A DNA stretch of 32,000 nt from Promethearchaeum syntrophicum (lineage in GTDB: Archaea; Asgardarchaeota; Lokiarchaeia; Sigyniarchaeales; Promethearchaeaceae), in assembly GCF_008000775.2 (NCBI RefSeq), contig NZ_CP042905.2, forward strand, positions 1,620,001 to 1,652,000. The letters run 5' to 3'. Below the pieces are notes generated by a model. It was not told the origin of the DNA. It made no database searches and saw nothing but the letters and a program-made list of their open reading frames with translations. The position numbers and the translations under genes were made by a program. Shown here in pieces: positions 17,755 through 25,118 of the stretch (the stretch's first letter is position 1; each line of letters starts with the position of its first letter).

Positions 17755-18612
17755 ATGATTTCCGAAATTCCAGAATCTGAAAGAGATATTATAAATTATT
17801 TCGATAATCCGAAATATGTTGTAAAAAATGGACACATTGTTGAATTTTCTCTTTCATCTAAATATATAACATCTCTTCCCGATTGTATTGGAAAATTAAC
17901 ATCGTTAATTAATTTAGATCTAAGAAGGAATAATCTAACTTCACTTCCTAAAAGCATAGGTAACTTGACTTCTTTGGTGACTCTAAGTTTATTTAGTAAT
18001 AATCTAACATCTCTTCCTGAAAGTATAGGCAATCTAACTTCACTCACAATTCTAAATCTATTTAATAATAATTTAACGACTCTTCCTGAGAGCATAGGCA
18101 ATCTTACCTCACTCAGGACCTTAAATTTGAATAGAAATATTCTAATCTCTCTTCCCGAAAGTATTGGAAATTTGAAAGCGCTTAAAACCTTAAATTTATA
18201 TGATAATAGTTTAGCTTCTCTTCCAGAAAGTATAAGCAAACTAATTTCTCTCGGAGAATTAGATTTAGATAAAAATCCAATTAAAACTCTTTCAAATTTA
18301 TCTATAGATTTATTGAAACGGGGACATTTCCAAAGCAATAATCTTACTCCTAAGGGTCAAAAATTATTTTCATTTCATGGATCTCGCGAGATCTTCAAAT
18401 ATTACCGAAAATCACCATTTGAACTCGCCAATCAATATCTTTCTGACCCAAAATCTTTAACAGATGATGAAATCGAAAGATTGATACATGAAACAAGTGG
18501 TAGGGAGCAAGAAATGCTCGAAAATCAATTGCCGCCCGAAAATCCAATTCTATGCAAAATAATTAAACAAAATGCTATTGAACTTCAAAATGGATTTAAA
18601 ATTCTCTTATAA
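17755..18612 (+). CDS. Leucine-rich repeat protein (about 6.5 x 23-aa LRRs) with an uncharacterised ~100 aa C-terminal domain
   Basis: The consensus L(T/I)SLPESIGNLTSLxxLNLxxNN repeats from aa 38. The C-terminal part (FQSNNLTPKGQKLFSFHGSREIFKYYRKSPFELANQYLSDPKSLTDDEIERLIHE...) has no motif I recognise. Confidence 0.85.
   Translation: MISEIPESERDIINYFDNPKYVVKNGHIVEFSLSSKYITSLPDCIGKLTSLINLDLRRNNLTSLPKSIGNLTSLVTLSLFSNNLTSLPESIGNLTSLTILNLFNNNLTTLPESIGNLTSLRTLNLNRNILISLPESIGNLKALKTLNLYDNSLASLPESISKLISLGELDLDKNPIKTLSNLSIDLLKRGHFQSNNLTPKGQKLFSFHGSREIFKYYRKSPFELANQYLSDPKSLTDDEIERLIHETSGREQEMLENQLPPENPILCKIIKQNAIELQNGFKILL
17866..18300 (+). repeat. 69-bp periodic coding repeat (LRR units)
   Basis: Six full 23-codon units plus a partial seventh. 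The amino-acid consensus is kept while codons differ (SIGNLTSL is encoded agc ata ggt aac ttg act tct ttg, then agt ata ggc aat cta act tca ctc, then agc ata ggc aat ctt acc tca ctc). Confidence 0.85.
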
Positions 18613-18747
18613 CAAAGGCAAAGAACGCAACGAAAGTTTTATTTATTAAACCCTAAACTATATAGGTAACAACAATCAACTTGTAATGTAAATATTAGTT
18701 CCAAATTTTTTTCATGCATTTAAAAACTTTTCAGGAGAAAAAATAAT

Positions 18748-20076
18748 ATGTTAGGGGGAAAAGGGCGCTCGCTTGTTGTAATGGGGACATTTTTTCTAAC
18801 CTCTGGATTCGGCTTCAAAAATTGGTACATGATCATAATCGGGGTATTTTTTCTATTCTCTACATTCATTAGTCGACCGGCTTTTGAGTCATCGCAAAAT
18901 ATCGAGGAACTAAAGGTAACACGAACGCTAGATAATACTCGAATTTTTAGGGATGATTTTATGCACATTGTGGTCACTATCGAGAATACTGGGGGCAATC
19001 GGTTCGATTTCTTAGACATTTTTGATGAATTTCCTGTAGGTGCTTTCCGATTAGTTACAGGAGAAAACTACATTAGTACTCGAATCGATCCGCATAAAAC
19101 AATTAAGTTTTCATATATCCTTGCTCCACGGGTTCGTGGAGAATTCGAAATTGGCCCTCTTAATGTAACCATTCATGATAGGTTGGGTTTTAATGCCGAG
19201 AATCGAATCGTTCCAGACTCAATTACGGACATAATTATCTATCCTCCATATGAATTGATTAAAAGGTTAGAAATCATGGGAGCTCGCCGGGCGATAAGTA
19301 TGAGTTTCGGAGTTCACCAGACGAAAGTGAAAGGCACTGGAACAGACCTGAGAACCTTGCGCGCCTACGTCGAAGGTGATCAATACAGGCATATAGATTG
19401 GAAAGCGAGTATGCGCGTACAGAAGTTGATTGTTCGCGAGTTTGAAACCGAGAGAAACGTGTCGACCGTAATTTTAATTGATTCCAGCGAATCGATGGCA
19501 GGTGGTGCCGTAGATTACACAAAATTTGAAATGTCGGTAAAATCTGCAATGTTTTTAGCAAAAATTGCCATGGAACAACAAGATAAGGTAGGTATTGCTA
19601 CATTTAGTGACCGTAAAAGCTTTAGATGGCTTCGACCTTCAACTAAAAGTACGCATTTTTATGATATTATTTCATTCTTAGGGGAGGTTAGCCCTCGAGG
19701 GAGCAAAGAGATATTCTGGTCAATGGAAGAGTTTTCACGTCTCTATACCAAGCGTAGTTTGGTTTTTCTAATTACGGATTTGGAAATCGCAGCAATAGAT
19801 GTTATGGCTGCGGTTAGAAAATTAAGAACATACGGACATGCAGTTGTGATAGTTAGTCCTTTTAGCCCATGGTTCGAAATTCATGAATTAGAACTTACTC
19901 CAAGCGATAAAGCTCTCGCTGAGGCGATATCAGAAGAAATGATGTTACATATCTTGACTATCAAGAAAGACTGTCAGAAATTTGCAGTACCTGTAATTTC
20001 TGTTGCTCCGGATGACATGTTAAACGTGATTGCAAATGAGTATCAAGAAGCTAAGCGTGTAGGGAGGGCAGATTAA
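18748..20076 (+). CDS. DUF58 family protein (two N-terminal TMs, Ig-like domain, vWA-like domain with intact MIDAS)
   Basis: TM pair SLVVMGTFFLTSGFGF / WYMIIIGVFFLFSTFI. The DUF58 hallmark is LRAYVEGDQYRHIDWKASMRVQKLIVREFETERN. It is followed by the MIDAS DxSxS motif in VILIDSSESMAGG (~19469-19500). CAGGAG lies upstream of the ATG. Confidence 0.85.
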   Translation: MLGGKGRSLVVMGTFFLTSGFGFKNWYMIIIGVFFLFSTFISRPAFESSQNIEELKVTRTLDNTRIFRDDFMHIVVTIENTGGNRFDFLDIFDEFPVGAFRLVTGENYISTRIDPHKTIKFSYILAPRVRGEFEIGPLNVTIHDRLGFNAENRIVPDSITDIIIYPPYELIKRLEIMGARRAISMSFGVHQTKVKGTGTDLRTLRAYVEGDQYRHIDWKASMRVQKLIVREFETERNVSTVILIDSSESMAGGAVDYTKFEMSVKSAMFLAKIAMEQQDKVGIATFSDRKSFRWLRPSTKSTHFYDIISFLGEVSPRGSKEIFWSMEEFSRLYTKRSLVFLITDLEIAAIDVMAAVRKLRTYGHAVVIVSPFSPWFEIHELELTPSDKALAEAISEEMMLHILTIKKDCQKFAVPVISVAPDDMLNVIANEYQEAKRVGRAD

Positions 20077-20077
20077 G

Positions 20078-21652
20078 ATGGCACGATCAAACTGGATGTT
20101 ACCGACCTTACGAGGTGTTTCCATTGGCTTTTTGGTAATTTTAATCCTAATGCTTAATACGATTTATGAAGGGGATATCTTTAATATATTTTCAGTATTC
20201 GGTTTAATTGGTCAGCTCAGAGACATCTTATCATTTTTAATATTTATTGCAGTTTATTATGTTATATTCGGCATCGCATCGGGGGTTGGAATGCTTTTCT
20301 CATTATTTGGTTCGACGTATTTTAACTATAGTTACTTTGTTAATCTTACAAATGAAATAGTGCATAATGTAATTGGTGGATGGTTTTACTTACCTGATCC
20401 AACAACTGGTAATGCAATGATTGCTCCTACCGTTTCTGAGGCACTTGCAGGAGCGCAAGCAGTATATGGACTTATTAGTATGGATCTTTATCTTGTAATA
20501 CTTCAGATAATAGTTGCAATCATGTTCTTTTATGCGTTAAGGGCTTCATTTACCAGTAATCCAACAGATAGCATTACTACGGTTACTTTAATCAACTTAG
20601 TAATTATAATTCCTTTATTTTTCAACCAACTAAATAATGTTCTTTCTATATTCGTTCCAACAGGCAATGTTGGTTTCTTAAATAATATATTAAGCCATGA
20701 TTTACTCAAAGATGCGATATTTGTGAATGTAATTAATTTGAATTTCGGGGAATTTCTCATATCCCCTATTTTCTTAGTAGCTTTGGTTATGTTTTTGTAT
20801 TTGGAGTTTGTTTTCCAAGTTTCATATATAGATAAAGTAACCGCACCTTCAATTGAAAGGGAAGAGCGTTTAACGCGGCAGATTGAGGTAATGAAGGTTG
20901 AATCCTTGAAAGCGATATCAAGGATTAAAGCGGTAGAGGAAAAGAAGCGAGAAAAGAAGTTATTACAGCAAGCTAGTATGACACCAGAAGAAATGGAGAT
21001 AGAAAAAGAGAAGAAAAAACGGTTATCTTTACGTACTATGATGTCTGAAAAAGGACAAGCCGGATTTTCATTTATTTCTGAGTTAATTGAGAAGAAAAAA
21101 TTAGAAAAAGAAGAAGAACGCATGATGGAAGCCATGAAGGATACAAGAAAGGTTTCCAACTATTTAGAAAAACTTTTTAAGCAAGATCCTGAAGCAAAGA
21201 ATACATTAACTGCAAAAACTTCCGCTCCAAGTTCTACTCGCTTAATAGTATCAACATTTATAAGTTTGGGATCTCGAATTTTTCTAATAATTTTGCTCAC
21301 TTGGGCATGCGTTCATCCCTTTGCAATATATTCGATAATTTCACCTGATTCTATTGCATCCAGCGTCGAGCTTCAGACTTATGAAGCAGTTTTATCCATT
21401 TTAATTCCATTCTTGCTGGTAATTCCCTTTATTTCAACAATAATCAAAATTTCAAAGCATGCAAAATTAGAGGAAATTTTAAGACTTGAAGAAATTCGAC
21501 GTTCGGGACTAACCGAAGAAGAATTAAAAGAGTTACAAGCAAAACGTGCCAAGGCTGCTACTCAAGAAACCCAATTAGCGCGAGACCAAGATGCAGCTGC
21601 CGATCAAGCAAAAAAAACGGCGCAAAATGCACCAACTGGACAAAATCCATAA
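20078..21652 (+). CDS. Polytopic membrane protein with a long charged coiled-coil loop and a charged C-terminal tail (unknown family)
   Basis: The start is 1 nt after the DUF58 stop, with GGGAGGG at 20062-20068. There are about 6 TMs in aa 1-250. A ~120 aa E/K-rich segment follows (EREERLTRQIEVMKVESLKAISRIKAVEEKKREKK...), then two more TMs, then the tail EEILRLEEIRRSGLTEEELKELQAKRAKAATQE.... Confidence 0.7.
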   Translation: MARSNWMLPTLRGVSIGFLVILILMLNTIYEGDIFNIFSVFGLIGQLRDILSFLIFIAVYYVIFGIASGVGMLFSLFGSTYFNYSYFVNLTNEIVHNVIGGWFYLPDPTTGNAMIAPTVSEALAGAQAVYGLISMDLYLVILQIIVAIMFFYALRASFTSNPTDSITTVTLINLVIIIPLFFNQLNNVLSIFVPTGNVGFLNNILSHDLLKDAIFVNVINLNFGEFLISPIFLVALVMFLYLEFVFQVSYIDKVTAPSIEREERLTRQIEVMKVESLKAISRIKAVEEKKREKKLLQQASMTPEEMEIEKEKKKRLSLRTMMSEKGQAGFSFISELIEKKKLEKEEERMMEAMKDTRKVSNYLEKLFKQDPEAKNTLTAKTSAPSSTRLIVSTFISLGSRIFLIILLTWACVHPFAIYSIISPDSIASSVELQTYEAVLSILIPFLLVIPFISTIIKISKHAKLEEILRLEEIRRSGLTEEELKELQAKRAKAATQETQLARDQDAAADQAKKTAQNAPTGQNP

Positions 21653-21680
21653 TTTTTTCTGGTAATTGGATTTTTTTTTT
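21653..21680 (+). terminator. Oligo-T terminator region ending the plus-strand cluster
   Basis: A T6 run lies immediately after the stop (21653-21658) and a T10 run at 21671-21680. The region is convergent with the minus-strand gene ending at 21777. Confidence 0.5.
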
Positions 21681-21776
21681 CTTCTTTCTTACAAAACATT
21701 TTCTAACTGGCAGATTAGTCTATAGAAATTTCTAACCTGTTGATTAGAATAAAAAAAAATGGTGGGCAATACTTTC

Positions 21777-22655
21777 TTAAATTTCTTCACTTTCATCATT
21801 ATTGGAAATATTCATATATTTTTCTTGTATTAATTCTATAACCATTGAATTTGGTTGTTTTGGTGAAGAAATTTTGTTAGAATTGAAATTTAATGATTTT
21901 ATGGGTAATCCTTCTTTCGCTCGTAATCTATCATAAAACCAATATAGAATACGTTCTAAATTTACTGCATCCTCAATATTATATGCTAATAGAGTATCTA
22001 AATAACGTTTATCGTTTGTCAGTAGATATTCTTTCCATAGATAAATGGCTGTTTTACCATCTATTCCATCTAAATTCTTAGTATTTCGTGAAATTCCTAA
22101 ATAATTTTCAATCTGTTTTAATCCTCCAGATATACCCAGTTTTCTACTTATTTTAAATAGATCGAAGTGAATATGGTAGAAATTAAAACCAAGTTTACTC
22201 TCAATAAACGGAAGATCCATCTTTTCTCCATCAAAAGTTGCAATTGCATCAAATTTTTCCAGATAGGGGATAAATTCTTTCAGATTTTGGTCTTTTACAA
22301 AATATCTTATTTCAGTGCCATCGAACGTTGAAATTGTAGTGATTGAATCTTTGGTTATATCCAAACCTGTTGCTTCGATATCAAAATATAAAATTTTACC
22401 CTTTAAATTCGGAATTAAACGCCAAAGAAGGTCTTCTGGAAATTTTGTGATAAAGAAGTCATAATCTTCGTTTTCCAAAGCTTTTTTACACTGAATTACG
22501 TCTGTTCGTAATCGATTCCAAAGTTTTTTCGTAAAATTGGGATGATGTTGTGGAGTCTCTAATAATTTATCCCAATTAGTTATTCCGGATTGCCACAATC
22601 TTAATTCCCCTTTTCTGTAAACACCTGTAACTTGTTGAAATGTGCATTGAATCAT
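21777..22655 (-). CDS. RNase H-fold 3'-5' exonuclease-like protein (YprB/COG3359-like, related to the PolB exonuclease domain)
   Basis: The Exo I-like motif is ILYFDIEATGLD and the Exo III-like motif is LLAYNIEDAVNLERIL. The size (292 aa) and N-terminal helical region are compatible with the family. Confidence 0.65.
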   Translation of the reverse strand: MIQCTFQQVTGVYRKGELRLWQSGITNWDKLLETPQHHPNFTKKLWNRLRTDVIQCKKALENEDYDFFITKFPEDLLWRLIPNLKGKILYFDIEATGLDITKDSITTISTFDGTEIRYFVKDQNLKEFIPYLEKFDAIATFDGEKMDLPFIESKLGFNFYHIHFDLFKISRKLGISGGLKQIENYLGISRNTKNLDGIDGKTAIYLWKEYLLTNDKRYLDTLLAYNIEDAVNLERILYWFYDRLRAKEGLPIKSLNFNSNKISSPKQPNSMVIELIQEKYMNISNNDESEEI

Positions 22656-22777
22656 AATTGAAGCAAAATCCGGTTCTTTGTAGGGTATAGTTTTCTGGTC
22701 AATGAAAGTCCATTTTTATATCTATTATGTTAATCTAGATTAGAAAGAAAATAATATTTATCTGTAGGTGATCAAGA

Positions 22778-23335
22778 TTGAATGAAAATATTTCCCCATT
22801 ATTTATTGTTGATGCGATGTTTGGAAAACTGGGAAAATTTTTACGTCTTTTGGGATTTGATACGGAAATTGCGAATTCCGATTTGAAAGATTCACAAATA
22901 TTTGAAATAGCACTTAAAACTAACAGGATACTTATAACACGAGATAAAAAGTTTTACGAAACTGCTCAATCACAATTAAAAAAGCGAAATTTATCCCCAA
23001 ATATGGCCTTATTCATCCCCTTTCAAGAGATTGTTGAAGAATTAGTGGAAATTTTCTCAATTTTAGGAATAGATCCAGAATCGTTTATATGGAAAGAGGG
23101 TGAAGATATTCCTTTTCAGTCATTTCAGTCAAGATGTTCAATGTGTAATCATGAATTAATAATTGTTGAAAAAATTTCAATTATCGAAAAAATACCATTA
23201 AATTCTGCTACTAATTTTATGAAGTTTTGGCAATGTACCAATGATAATTGTGGAAAAATCTATTGGATAGGCCGACATTGGGAAGATATCAGAAATAAAC
23301 TGATTAAAGTTAAAAGAATTATGCAAGATAGGTAA
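22778..23335 (+). CDS. Mut7-C (PIN-like) RNase domain protein with a C-terminal zinc ribbon
   Basis: The N-terminus FIVDAMFGKLGKFLRLLGFDT and ILITRDKKF are Mut7-C/DUF82 signatures. The C-terminal ribbon is CSMCNHEL...CTNDNCGKIYWIGRHWE. The only in-frame start that keeps the conserved N-terminus is TTG at 22778. Confidence 0.8.
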   Translation: MNENISPLFIVDAMFGKLGKFLRLLGFDTEIANSDLKDSQIFEIALKTNRILITRDKKFYETAQSQLKKRNLSPNMALFIPFQEIVEELVEIFSILGIDPESFIWKEGEDIPFQSFQSRCSMCNHELIIVEKISIIEKIPLNSATNFMKFWQCTNDNCGKIYWIGRHWEDIRNKLIKVKRIMQDR

Positions 23336-23368
23336 TAATTCCATCATATAATAATTATAAAAAAGGAA

Positions 23369-23755
23369 TTATTCTTGATGTAATAGCTTTTTGATAAATC
23401 CTGATGACATTGGTCGACTTTGAACCGATTGGAGTGTTTTTTGCTGAGCTGTCATAGATTGCTTCCAAGTTCTATATAATGCCCTTAAATACTCCGTTCC
23501 ATCAATTGTAAGGTCATAGAAGCCATAATCCGGTTTTTGAATTAAATTAACTTGCGCTAAGTGAGTGAGATGATTTGCCAAAGCCGTTTTTTGGAGATGA
23601 GTATGAGAGAGCAATTTTTGGAATGAACATGGACCGTCTAATAATACAATTAAAAGTGAAAACCGTTTTGGGTTTCCAAGTGCTTTTAGAATTGGAAATA
23701 AATCTTGAGCAACCTGTTCAATTGATATTTTTAATGTATTTCGTTCAATACTCAT
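23369..23755 (-). CDS. ArsR-type winged-helix transcriptional regulator
   Basis: ILKALGNPKRFSLLIVLLDGPCSFQKLLSHTHLQKTALANHLTHLAQVNLIQK is the ArsR/SmtB HTH pattern. I prefer the start at MSIERN (ATG 23755-23753), which overlaps the upstream stop as ATGA. Confidence 0.75.
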   Translation of the reverse strand: MSIERNTLKISIEQVAQDLFPILKALGNPKRFSLLIVLLDGPCSFQKLLSHTHLQKTALANHLTHLAQVNLIQKPDYGFYDLTIDGTEYLRALYRTWKQSMTAQQKTLQSVQSRPMSSGFIKKLLHQE

Positions 23756-24282
23756 CGTTTTCTCACCGGAATTAACCAATCTATCTCTGAATCAGGATTA
23801 TCTAAACCCTTAAACTTTATTCCATACCGTTGAATAACGTAAGGATAAGCTTGAGTATATTCTGATTTATCAGACCCAAGCCAATCTTGAAAAATATATT
23901 CTGCTATTGTATTTTCTGTCATTTTAGTAGTAAATTCTGCATATTGAGTACTGGGAAATTGTTTGATCATAAATTCCAGGGGAATTTCATCGAAGTAATC
24001 AATTAGAATTCCAACAAATACATAAAATTTCTTTGTTTGGGAGAAATTATCTGGTTCAAAATGGATTTCATAAGAATAATTCGGATGTTGATTGAGTTTT
24101 TCAAATATGAATTTATATTTGTTTGCGTAGCGCAAGAAACGTTGCCAAAGAATACCAATTTCATTTTCCGATGACCATTCACCAGCTGATTGAAAAGGAT
24201 TTCCATAAAATTCGCACCCTAAAAGCCGAAGTTGTATGGGTTCTGTGATTATTGGAATAAAATCTTTGTTTTGAGTTCCCAT
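23752..24282 (-). CDS. GyrI-like / effector-binding (Cass2/SOUL-type) small-molecule-binding domain protein
   Basis: 176 aa with two-lobed beta-alpha-beta-beta repeat features of GyrI-like domains: IQLRLLGCEFYGNP...ILWQRFL..., YEIHFEP...FYVFVGI...IPLEFMIKQFPSTQYAEFT, IFQDWL..S.Y....PYVIQRYG..F......DSEIDWLIPVRK. Confidence 0.6.
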   Translation of the reverse strand: MGTQNKDFIPIITEPIQLRLLGCEFYGNPFQSAGEWSSENEIGILWQRFLRYANKYKFIFEKLNQHPNYSYEIHFEPDNFSQTKKFYVFVGILIDYFDEIPLEFMIKQFPSTQYAEFTTKMTENTIAEYIFQDWLGSDKSEYTQAYPYVIQRYGIKFKGLDNPDSEIDWLIPVRKR

Positions 24283-24540
24283 GTTATAATTAAATTATAA
24301 GAATTTTAAATAAATAAACATTCCTAAAAAAAATGAATAGATTCACATAATTTAAATATCTTTTTTGCTGATTGTAACTTACTGCAATTCAATGGTTAAC
24401 AAGAAATAACATGAAAATATATTGAATCTGTTCGCTTTCGTTTAAAATTTATATAATTCGATCCAAACAGATGCATATTGTACTCTGAATTCAGTATACT
24501 CCAAGAAAATATAGAATTAAAATTAATAGTGAAAAAAATC

Positions 24541-25038
24541 ATGGTAAACGAAAATAAAAAAATTGTTTTGAATCCTATAGGATTCGTAAAAATGAATGAG
24601 AAAGAGGGTAAATTTTGGATTGAAATTAAGGAACAATTCAGACCTGCTCTTAAAGAATTGGAAAATTTCACCCATGCAAATATATTTTGGTGGGCTGATA
24701 AAAATGATACACCGAAAAGACGAGAAGTATTAGTATCGGATGATCTTCCTCCATTTTATGGTGAAAATGCACCTTCTATGGGAGTATTCGCCAATCGATC
24801 AGAATTCAGACCAAATCCAATTGCACTTACAGCATTACCGATAATTAAGGTAGATATTAAGAAGGGTGTCATTTATGTCCCTTGGATGGATGCCTTCCAA
24901 GATACTCCAGTTATCGATATCAAACCTTATCTCCCAATGACCGATATAATCGAATCTGCTGATTATCCTTCTTATTTGCAACATTGGCCGAAAAGTCAAG
25001 AAAAATCTGTAGAATTTTGGTCTCAACAAGAAAATTGA
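24541..25038 (+). CDS. tsaA: TsaA/YaeB-family SAM-dependent methyltransferase (UPF0066)
   Basis: LNPIGFV...I.I...F.PALKELENFTHANIFWW, GVFANRSEFRPNPIALT, G.IYVPWMDAFQDTPVIDIKPYLP. I prefer the start at MVNENKK (ATG 24541). Confidence 0.75.
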   Translation: MVNENKKIVLNPIGFVKMNEKEGKFWIEIKEQFRPALKELENFTHANIFWWADKNDTPKRREVLVSDDLPPFYGENAPSMGVFANRSEFRPNPIALTALPIIKVDIKKGVIYVPWMDAFQDTPVIDIKPYLPMTDIIESADYPSYLQHWPKSQEKSVEFWSQQEN

Positions 25039-25118
25039 TAAAAAATCAGAAGTAACATTAATTAAGAAAATATTTTTTCTTTTTCTTTGAAAGTGTTTAT
25101 AGCTAAATAGTAAAAAAA

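Noticed and set aside
17866-18300. Regular 69-bp periodicity that could superficially suggest a CRISPR-like or satellite array
   Set aside because: The repeats are contiguous with no unique spacers. They sit in one open reading frame and encode a canonical LRR consensus.
17796-18338. 180-aa minus-strand ORF antisense to the LRR gene
   Set aside because: It exactly mirrors the 69-bp LRR periodicity (repeating LSGR..RL motifs). This is the expected artefact of a stop-free antisense frame in a coding repeat. The plus-strand LRR reading has a clear family signature.
20530-21159. 209-aa minus-strand ORF inside the 20078-21652 gene
   Set aside because: It is antisense to the E/K-rich coiled-coil region, has low-complexity S/F/I-rich content, and has no motif. 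The sense-strand gene is SD-coupled to DUF58.
21690-21776. Imperfect direct repeat TTCTAAC-N5-GATTAG occurring twice (the second copy forms a TTCTAA/TTAGAA hairpin) between convergent genes
   Set aside because: The stems are short (4-6 bp) and AT-rich, in a convergent terminator region. They are plausibly incidental or simple terminator structure and are not distinctive enough to report as a finding.
24396-24671. 91-aa minus-strand ORF overlapping the 5' end of the TsaA-like gene
   Set aside because: It overlaps a gene with a clear family signature, its sequence is hydrophobic and low-complexity, and it has no motif.
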